This document shows positions 53,201-64,000 of a DNA stretch of 64,000 nucleotides, in pieces. Within the stretch, counting starts at the first letter, position 1, and each line of letters begins with the position of its first letter. This stretch comes from Paragordius varius (lineage: Eukaryota > Animalia > Nematomorpha), in contig OZ176053.1 of assembly GCA_964247055.1 (NCBI GenBank), positions 12,958,001 through 13,022,000 on the forward strand. Reading direction: 5' to 3'. The position numbers and the translations under genes are program-made. Below the pieces are notes generated by a model. That model ran no database searches. It was not told the origin of the DNA and saw only the letters and a list, made by a program, of their open reading frames with translations.

Positions 53201-56200
53201 ATCAAAATATAGAGATAGTTTGGCAAACTCTTTCATATCCGATTTTTACAACGATACTTTAAAAATTAATGTATAAAACTAGTCGTATCAATAAATCGCA
53301 TCAATACTCAAGTTAAACTTTGTCCTTAAAAATCGGATTTTGGTCACCGGTGAACAAAATTATTTTTTATACATTCTCTTAGTAAGACTGCATCAAAATA
53401 TAGAGACCGTTTGTCAAACTCTTTCATATCCGATTTTTACAACGATACTTTAAAAATTAATGTATAAAACTAGTCGCATCAATACTCAAGTTAAACTTTG
53501 TCCTTAAAAATCGGATATTGGTCACCGGTGAACAAAATTATTTTTTATACATTCTCTTAGTAGGACTACATCAAAATATAGAGATAGTTTGGCAAACTCT
53601 TTCATATCCGATTTTTACAACGATACTTAAAAATTAATGTATAAAACTAGTCGTATCAATACTCAAGTTAAACTTTGTCCTTAAAAATCGAATATTGGTC
53701 ACCAATGAACAAAATTATTTTTTATTCATTCTCTTAGTAAGACTACATCAAAATATAGAGATAGTTTGACAAACTCTTTAATATCCGATTTTTCCAACGA
53801 TACTTTAAAAATTAATGTATAAAACTAGTCGCATCAATTATCAAGTTAAACTTTGTCCTTAAAAATCGGATATTGGTCACCGGTGAACAAAATAATTTTT
53901 TATACATTCTCTTAGTAAGAGTGCATCAAAATATAGAGACCGTTTGGCAAACTCTTTCATATCCGATTTTTACAACGATACTTTAAATTAATGTATTAAA
54001 CTAGTCGCATCAATACTCAAGTTAAACTTTATCCGTAAAAATCGGATATTGGTCACCGGTGAACAAAATAATTTTTTATACATTCTCTTAGTAAGACTAC
54101 ATCAAAATATAGAGATAGTTTCACAAACTCTTTCATATCCAATTTTTACAACGATACTTTAAAAATTATGGTATTAAACCAGTCGCATCAATACTCAAGT
54201 TAAAAATCCTTAAAAATCGGATATTGGTCACCTTTGAACAAAATTATTTTTTATACATTCTCTTAGTAATACTACATCAAAATATAGAAATAGTTTGACA
54301 AACTCTTTCATATCCGATTTTTACAACGATACTTTAAAAATTAATGTATTAAACTAGTCGCATCAATACTCAAGTTAAACTTTGTCCTTAAAAATCGGAT
54401 ATTGGTCACCGGTGAACATGATTATTTTTTATACATTTTCTTAGCAAGACTACATCAAAATATAGAGATAGTTTGACAAACTCTTTCATATCCGATTTTT
54501 ACAACGATACTTTAAATTAATGTATAAAACTAGTCGCATCAATACTCAAGTTAAATTTTGTCCTTAAAAATGGGATATTGGTCACCGGTGAACAAAACTA
54601 TTTTTTATACATTCTCTTATTAAGACTACATCAAAATATAGAGATAGTTGACCTCTTTCATATCCGATTTTTACAACGATACTTTAAAAATTAATGTATA
54701 AAACTAGTCGCATCAATATTCAAGTAAAACTTTGTCCTAAAAAATCGGATATTGGTCACCGGTGAACAAAACTATTTTTTATACATTCTTTTAGTAAGAC
54801 TACATCAAAATTTAGAGATAGTTGGAAAAACTCTTTCATATCCGATTTTTACAACGATACTTTAAAAATTAATGTATAAAACTAGTCGCATAAATACTCA
54901 AGTTAAATTTTGTCCTTAAAAATGGGATATTGGTCCCCGGTGAACAAAACTATTTTTTATACATTCTCTTGGTAAGACTACATCAAAATATAGAGATAGT
55001 TTGACAAACTCTTTCATATCCGATTTTTACAACGATACTTTAAAAAATAATATATAAAACTAGTCGCATCAATACTCAAGTTAAACTTTGTCCTAAAAAA
55101 TCGGATATTGGTCGCCGGTGAACAAAACTATTTTTTATACATTCTTTTAGTAAGACTACATCAAAATATAGAGATAGTTGGATAAACTCTTTCATATCCG
55201 ATTTTTACAACGATACTTTAAAAATTAATGTATAAAACTAGTCGCATAAATACTCGAGTTAAATTTTGTCCTTAAAAATGGGATATTGGTCCCCGGTGAA
55301 CAAAACTATTTTTTATACATTCTCTTGGTAAGACTACATCAAAATATAGAGATAGTTTGACAAACTCTTTCATATCCGATTTTTACAACGATACTTTAAA
55401 AATTAATGTATAAAACTAGTCGCATCAATATTCAAGTAAAACTTTGTCCTAAAAAATCGGATATTGGTCACCGGTGAACAAAACTATTTTTTATACATTC
55501 TTTTAGTAAGACTACATCAAAATATAGAGATAGTTTGATAAACTCTTTCATATCCGATTTTTACAACGATACTTTAAAAATTAATGTATTAAACTAGTCG
55601 CATCAATACTCAAGTTAAACTTTATCCGTAAAAATCGGATATTGGTCACCGGTGAACAAAATAATTTTTTATACATTCTCTTAGTAAGACTACATCAAAA
55701 TATAGAGATAGTTTGACAAACTCTTTCATATCCAATTTTTACAACGATACTTTAAAAATTATGGTATTAAACCAGTCGCATCAATACTCAAGTTAAAAAT
55801 CCTTAAAAATCGGATATTGGTCACCGGTGAACAAAATTATTTTTTATACATTCTCTTAGTAATACTACATCAAAATATAGAAATAGTTTGACAAACTCTT
55901 TCATATCCGATTTTTACAACGATACTTTAAAAATTAATGTATTAAACTAGTCGCATCAATACTCAAGTTAAACTTTGTCCTTAAAAATCGGATATTGGTC
56001 ACCGGTGAACATGATTATTGTTTATACATTTTCTTAGCAAGACTACATCAAAATATAGAGATAGTTTGACAAACTCTTTCATATCCGATTTTTACAACGA
56101 TACATTAAATTAATGTATAAAACTAGTCGCATCAATACTCAAGTTAAATTTTGTCCTTAAAAATGGGATATTGGTCACCGGTGAACAAAACTATTTTTTA

Positions 56201-57730
56201 TACATTCTCTTATTAAGACTACATCAAAATATAGAGATAGTTGACCTCTTTCATATCCGATTTTTACAACGATACTTTAAAAATTAATATATAAAACTAG
56301 TCGCATCAATACTCAAGTTAAACTTTGTCCTAAAAAATCGGATATTGGTCACCGGTGAACAAAACTATTTTTTATACATTCTTTTAGTAAGACTACATCA
56401 AAATATAGAGATAATTTGATAAACTCTTTCATATCCGATTTTTACAACGATACTTTAAAAATTAATGTAAAAAACTAGTCGTATCAATAAATCGCATCAA
56501 TACTCAAGTTAAACTTTGTCCTTAAAAATCGGATATTAGTCGCCGGTAAAGAAAATAATTTTTTATACATTCTCTTAATAGGACTACATCAAAAAATAGA
56601 GATAGTTTGACAAACTCTTTCATATCCAATTTTTACAACGATACTTTAAAAATTATGGTATTAAACCAGTCGCATCAATACTCAACTTAAACTTTGTCCT
56701 TAAAAATCGGATATTGGTCACCGGTGAACAAAACTATTTTTTATACGTTCTCTTAGTAAGACTACATCAAAATATAGAGATAGATTGACAAACTCTTTCA
56801 TATCCCATTTTTACAACGATACTTTAAAAATTAATGTATAAAACTAGTCGTATCAATAAATCGTATCAATACTCAAGTTAAACTTTGTCCTTAAAAATCG
56901 GATATTGGTCACCGGTGAACAAAATTATTTTTTATACATTCTCTTAGTAGGATTACATCAAAATATAGAGATAGTTTGGCAAACTCTTTCATATCCGATT
57001 TTTACAACGATACTTTAAAAATTAATGTATAAAACTAGTCGTATCAATAAATCGCATCAATACTCAAGTTAAACTTTGTCCTTAAAAATCGGATTTTGGT
57101 CACCGGTGAACAAAATTATTTTTTATACATTCTCTTAGTAAGACTGCATCAAAATATAGAGACCGTTTGTCAAACTCTTTCATATCCGATTTTTACAACG
57201 ATACTTTAAAAATTAATGTATAAAACTAGTCGCATCAATACTCAAGTTAAACTTTGTCCTTAAAAATCGGATATTGGTCACCGGTGAACAAAATTATTTT
57301 TTATACATTCTCTTAGTAGGACTACATCAAAATATAGAGATAGTTTGGCAAACTCTTTCATATCCGATTTTTACAACGATACTTAAAAATTAATGTATAA
57401 AACTAGTCGTATCAATACTCAAGTTAAACTTTGTCCTTAAAAATCGAATATTGGTCACCAATGAACAAAATTATTTTTTATTCATTCTCTTAGTAAGACT
57501 ACATCAAAATATAGAGATAGTTTGACAAACTCTTTAATATCCGATTTTTCCAACGATACTTTAAAAATTAATGTATAAAACTAGTCGCATCAATTATCAA
57601 GTTAAACTTTGTCCTTAAAAATCGGATATTGGTCACCGGTGAACAAAATAATTTTTTATACATTCTCTTAGTAAGAGTGCATCAAAATATAGAGACCGTT
57701 TGGCAAACTCTTTCATATCCGATTTTTACA
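50215..57730 (-). repeat. 21-mer higher-order repeat, period 3756 bp, two near-identical tandem copies (ends approximate)
   Basis: CACCTTTGAAC 50473/54229, GTAGGATTAC 53191/56947 and GTGCATC 53921/57677 all recur at +3756. A further partial copy starts near 60300 (+5061 from 55241). Confidence 0.88.
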
Positions 57731-60700
57731 AAGATACTTTAAAAATAAATGTATAAAACTAGTCGCATCAATACTCAAGTTAAACTTTGTCCTTAAAAAT
57801 CGGATATTGGTCACCGGTGAACAAAATAATTTTTTATACATTCTCTTAGTAAGAGTGCATCAAAATATAGAGACCGTTTGTCAAACTCTTTCATATCCGA
57901 TTTTTACAACGATACTTTAAAAATTAATGTATAAAACTAGTCGCATCAATACTCAAGTTAAACTTTGTCCTTAAAAATCGGATATTGGTCACCGGTGAAC
58001 AAAATTATTTTTTATACATTCTCTTAGTAGGACTACATCAAAATATAGAGATAGTTTGGTAAACTCTTTCATATCCGATTTTTACAACGATACTTAAAAA
58101 TTAATGTATAAAACTAGTCGTATCAATACTCAAGTTAAACTTTGTCCTTAAAAATCGGATATTGGTCACCGGTGAACAAAATAATTTTTTATACATTCTT
58201 TTAGTAAGACTACATCAAAATATAGAGATAGTTTGATAAACTCTTTCATATCCGATTTTTACAACGATACTTTAAAAATTAATGTATTAAACTAGTCGCA
58301 TCAATACTCAAGTTAAACTTTATCCGTAAAAATCGGATATTGGTCACCGGTGAACAAAATAATTTTTTATACATTCTCTTAGTAAGACTACATCAAAATA
58401 TAGAGATAGTTTGACAAACTCTTTCATATCCAATTTTTACAACGATACTTTAAAAATTATGGTATTAAACCAGTCGCATCAATATTCAAGTTAAAAATCC
58501 TTAAAAATCGGATATTGGTCACCGGTGAACAAAATTATTTTTTATACATTCTCTTAGTAATACTACATCAAAATATAGAAATAGTTTGACAAACTCTTTC
58601 ATATCCGATTTTTACAACGATACTTTAAAAATTAATGTATAAAACTAGTCGTATCAATAAATCGTATCAATACTCAAGTTAAACTTTGTCCTTAAAAATC
58701 GGATATTGGTCACCGGTGAACAAAATTATTTTTTATACATTCTCTTAGTAGGATTACATCAAAATATAGAGATAGTTTGGCAAACTCTTTCATATCCGAT
58801 TTTTACAACGATACTTTAAAAATTAATGTATAAAACTAGTCGTATCAATAAATCGCATCAATACTCAAGTTAAACTTTGTCCTTAAAAATCGGATATTAG
58901 TCGCCGGTAAAGAAAATAATTTTTTATACATTCTCTTAATAGGACTACATCAAAAAATAGAGATAGTTTGACAAACTCTTTCATATCCAATTTTTACAAC
59001 GATACTTTAAAAATTATGGTATTAAACCAGTCGCATCAATACTCAACTTAAACTTTGTCCTTAAAAATCGGATATTGGTCACCGGTGAACAAAACTATTT
59101 TTTATACGTTCTCTTAGTAAGACTACATCAAAATATAGAGATAGATTGACAAACTCTTTCATATCCCATTTTTACAACGATACTTTAAAAATTAATGTAT
59201 AAAACTAGTCGTATCAATAAATCGTATCAATACTCAAGTTAAACTTTGTCCTTAAAAATCGGATATTGGTCACCGGTGAACAAAATTATTTTTTATACAT
59301 TCTCTTAGTAGGATTACATCAAAATATAGAGATAGTTTGGCAAACTCTTTCATATCCGATTTTTACAACGATACTTTAAAAATTAATGTATAAAACTAGT
59401 CGTATCAATAAATCGCATCAATACTCAAGTTAAACTTTGTCCTTAAAAATCGGATATTGGTCACCGATGAACAAAATTATTTTTTATATATTCTCTTAGT
59501 CGGACTACATCAAAATATAGAGATAGTTTGGCAAACTCTTTCATATCCGATTTTTACAACGATACTTTAAAAATTAATGTATAAAACTAGTCGCATCAAT
59601 ACTCAAGTTAAACTTTGTCCTTAAAAATCGGATTTTGGTCACCGGTGAACAAAATTATTTTTTATACATTCTCTTAGTAAGACTGCATCAAAATATAGAG
59701 ACCGTTTGTCAAACTCTTTCATATCCGATTTTTACAACGATACTTTAAAAATTAATGTATAAAACTAGTCGCATCAATACTCAAGTTAAACTTTGTCCTT
59801 AAAAATCGGATATTGGTCACCGGTGAACAAAATTATTTTTTATACATTCTCTTAGTAGGACTACATCAAAATATAGAGATAGTTTGGCAAACTCTTTCAT
59901 ATCCGATTTTTACAACGATACTTTAAAAATTAATGTATAAAACTAGTCGCATCAATTATCAAGTTAAACTTTGTCCTTAAAAATCGGATATTGGTCACCG
60001 GTGAACAAAATAATTTTTTATACATTCTCTTAGTAAGAGTGCATCAAAATATAGAGACCGTTTGGCAAACTCTTTCATATCCGATTTTTACAAAGATACT
60101 TTAAAAATTAATGTATAAAACTAGTCGCATCAATACTCAAGTTAAACTTTGTCCTTAAAAATCGGATATTGGTCACCGGTGAACAAAATAATTTTTTATA
60201 CATTCTCTTAGTAAGAGTGCATCAAAATATAGAGACCGTTTGGCAAACTCTTTCATATCCGATTTTTACAACGATACTTTAAAAATTAATGTATAAAACT
60301 AGTCGCATAAATACTCGAGTTAAATTTTGTCCTTAAAAATGGGATATTGGTCCCCGGTGAACAAAACTATTTTTTATACATTCTCTTGGTAAGACTACAT
60401 CAAAATATAGAGATAGTTTGACAAACTCTTTCATATCCGATTTTTACAACGATACTTTAAAAATTAATGTATAAAACTAGTCGCATCAATATTCAAGTAA
60501 AACTTTGTCCTAAAAAATCGGATATTGGTCACCGGTGAACAAAACTATTTTTTATACATTCTTTTAGTAAGACTACATCAAAATATAGAGATAGTTTGAT
60601 AAACTCTTTCATATCCGATTTTTACAACGATACTTTAAAAATTAATGTATTAAACTAGTCGCATCAATACTCAAGTTAAACTTTATCCGTAAAAATCGGA

Positions 60701-63700
60701 TATTGGTCACCGGTGAACAAAATAATTTTTTATACATTCTCTTAGTAAGACTACATCAAAATATAGAGATAGTTTGACAAACTCTTTCATATCCAATTTT
60801 TACAACGATACTTTAAAAATTATGGTATTAAACCAGTCGCATCAATACTCAAGTTAAAAATCCTTAAAAATCGGATATTGGTCACCGGTGAACAAAATTA
60901 TTTTTTATACATTCTCTTAGTAATACTACATCAAAATATAGAAATAGTTTGACAAACTCTTTCATATCCGATTTTTACAACGATACTTTAAAAATTAATG
61001 TATTAAACTAGTCGCATCAATACTCAAGTTAAACTTTGTCCTTAAAAATCGGATATTGGTCACCGGTGAACATGATTATTGTTTATACATTTTCTTAGCA
61101 AGACTACATCAAAATATAGAGATAGTTTGACAACTCTTTCATATCCGATTTTTACAACGATACATTAAATTAATGTATAAAACTAGTCGCATCAATACTC
61201 AAGTTAAATTTTGTCCTTAAAAATGGGATATTGGTCACCGGTGAACAAAACTATTTTTTATACATTCTCTTATTAAGACTACATCAAAATATAGAGATAG
61301 TTGACCTCTTTCATATCCGATTTTTACAACGATACTTTAAAAATTAATATATAAAACTAGTCGCATCAATACTCAAGTTAAACTTTGTCCTAAAAAATCG
61401 GATATTGGTCACCGGTGAACAAAACTATTTTTTATACATTCTTTTAGTAAGACTACATCAAAATATAGAGATAATTTGATAAACTCTTTCATATCCGATT
61501 TTTACAACGATACTTTAAAAATTAATGTAAAAAACTAGTCGTATCAATAAATCGCATCAATACTCAAGTTAAACTTTGTCCTTAAAAATCGGATATTAGT
61601 CGCCGGTAAAGAAAATAATTTTTTATACATTCTCTTAATAGGACTACATCAAAAAATAGAGATAGTTTGACAAACTCTTTCATATCCAATTTTTACAACG
61701 ATACTTTAAAAATTATGGTATTAAACCAGTCGCATCAATACTCAACTTAAACTTTGTCCTTAAAAATCGGATATTGGTCACCGGTGAACAAAACTATTTT
61801 TTATACGTTCTCTTAGTAAGACTACATCAAAATATAGAGATAGATTGACAAACTCTTTCATATCCCATTTTTACAACGATACTTTAAAAATTAATGTATA
61901 AAACTAGTCGTATCAATAAATCGTATCAATACTCAAGTTAAACTTTGTCCTTAAAAATCGGATATTGGTCACCGGTGAACAAAATTATTTTTTATACATT
62001 CTCTTAGTAGGATTACATCAAAATATAGAGATAGTTTGGCAAACTCTTTCATATCCGATTTTTACAACGATACTTTAAAAATTAATGTATAAAACTAGTC
62101 GTATCAATAAATCGCATCAATACTCAAGTTAAACTTTGTCCTTAAAAATCGGATATTGGTCACCGATGAACAAAATTATTTTTTATATATTCTCTTAGTC
62201 GGACTACATCAAAATATAGAGATAGTTTGGCAAACTCTTTCATATCCGATTTTTACAACGATACTTTAAAAATTAATGTATAAAACTAGTCGCATCAATA
62301 CTCAAGTTAAACTTTGTCCTTAAAAATCGGATTTTGGTCACCGGTGAACAAAATTATTTTTTATACATTCTCTTAGTAAGACTGCATCAAAATATAGAGA
62401 CCGTTTGTCAAACTCTTTCATATCCGATTTTTACAACGATACTTTAAAAATTAATGTATAAAACTAGTCGCATCAATACTCAAGTTAAACTTTGTCCTTA
62501 AAAATCGGATATTGGTCACCGGTGAACAAAATTATTTTTTATACATTCTCTTAGTAGGACTACATCAAAATATAGAGATAGTTTGGCAAACTCTTTCATA
62601 TCCGATTTTTACAACGATACTTAAAAATTAATGTATAAAACTAGTCGTATCAATACTCAAGTTAAACTTTGTCCTTAAAAATCGAATATTGGTCACCAAT
62701 GAACAAAATTATTTTTTATTCATTCTCTTAGTAAGACTACATCAAAATATAGAGATAGTTTGACAAACTCTTTAATATCCGATTTTTCCAACGATACTTT
62801 AAAAATTAATGTATAAAACTAGTCGCATCAATTATCAAAAACTTTGTCCTTAAAAATCGGATATTGGTCACCGGTGAACAAAATAATTTTTTATACATTC
62901 TCTTAGTAAGAGTGCATCAAAATATAGAGACCGTTTGGCAAACTCTTTCATATCCGATTTTTACAAAGATACTTTAAAAATTAATGTATAAAACTAGTCG
63001 CATCAATACTCAAGTTAAACTTTGTCCTTAAAAATCGGATATTGGTCACCGGTGAACAAAATAATTTTTTATACATTCTCTTAGTAAGAGTGCATCAAAA
63101 TATAGAGACCGTTTGGCAAACTCTTTCATATCCGATTTTTACAACGATACTTTAAAAATTAATGTATAAAACTAGTCGCATCAATACTCAAGTTAAACTT
63201 TGTCCTCAAAAATCGGATATTGGTCACCGGTGAACAAAATTATTTTTTATACATTCTCTTAGTAGGACTACATCAAAATATAGAGATAGTTTGGTAAACT
63301 CTTTCATATCCGATTTTTACAACGATACTTAAAAATTAATGTATAAAACTAGTCGTATCAATACTCAAGTTAAACTTTGTCCTTAAAAATCGGATATTGG
63401 TCACCGGCGAACAAAATAATTTTTTATACATTCTCTTAGTAACAGTGCATCAAAATATAGAGACCGTTTGGCAAACTCTTTCATATCCGATTTTTACAAC
63501 GTTACTTTAAAAATTAATGTATAAAACTAGTCGCATCAACACTCAAGTTAAACTTTGTCCTTTAAAATCGAATATTAGTCACCAGTGAACAAAACTATTT
63601 TTTATACATTCACTTAGTAAGACTACATCAAAATATAGACATAGTTTGACAAACTTTTTCATATCCGATTTTTACAACGATACTTTAAAAATTAATGTAT

Positions 63701-64000
63701 AAAACTAGTCGCATCAATATTCAAGTTAAATTTTGTCCTTAAAAATGGGATATTGGTCACCGGTGAACAAAACTATTTTTTATACATTCTCTTAGTAAGA
63801 CTACATCAAAATATAGAGATAGTTTGACAAACTCTTTCATATCCGATTTTTACAACGATACTTTAAAAATTAATGTATAAAACTAGTCGCATCAATACTC
63901 AAGTTAAATTTTGTCCTTAAAAATGGGATATTGGTCACCGGTGAACAAAACTATTTTTATACATTCTCTTAGTAAAACTACATCAAAATATAGAGATAGT

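Larger units (their letters stand above)
25007..64000 (-). repeat. Satellite array, block 2 continued (reverse orientation) to the window end
   Basis: Uninterrupted reverse-orientation ~178-bp (some 191-bp) monomers for ~39 kb. I found no non-satellite insert; the array continues past the window end. Confidence 0.98.

Noticed and set aside
1-64000. CRISPR array or other repeat-spacer system
   Set aside because: The whole 178-bp unit repeats. There are no unique spacers, no leader and no cas-like ORFs, and the inserts are eukaryotic transposons.

Overview
This is a eukaryotic tandem-repeat (satellite DNA) window with no intact gene, RNA gene or CRISPR array. About 60 kb of the 64 kb is one AT-rich family of ~178-bp monomers (~27-28% GC by hand count of a consensus, roughly 340 copies). 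The array runs in one orientation over 1-17480 and in the opposite orientation over 17481-64000; the switch lies at a palindrome inside the monomer. Two decayed DNA transposons interrupt the array, both with intact ends. The first is a PIF/Harbinger-type element (13183-14831; 17-bp perfect TIRs, AAT target-site duplication) with remnants of both the DDE transposase and the Myb/SANT partner gene. The second is a non-autonomous hAT element (22878-25006; 15-bp TIRs, 8-bp TSD TCTTAGTA) with a frameshifted transposase C-terminus that the ORF track misses. The satellite shows many local higher-order repeats of different periods (2-, 5-, 6-, 9-, 12-, 13- and 21-mers), block-specific monomer variants and several conserved dyad symmetries. 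I see no evidence of a new enzymatic or defence system. The most interesting points are the array architecture, the inversion breakpoint and the clustering of all three rearrangements in one part of the monomer. An invertebrate animal host is an inference only. All periods and counts were read by eye.
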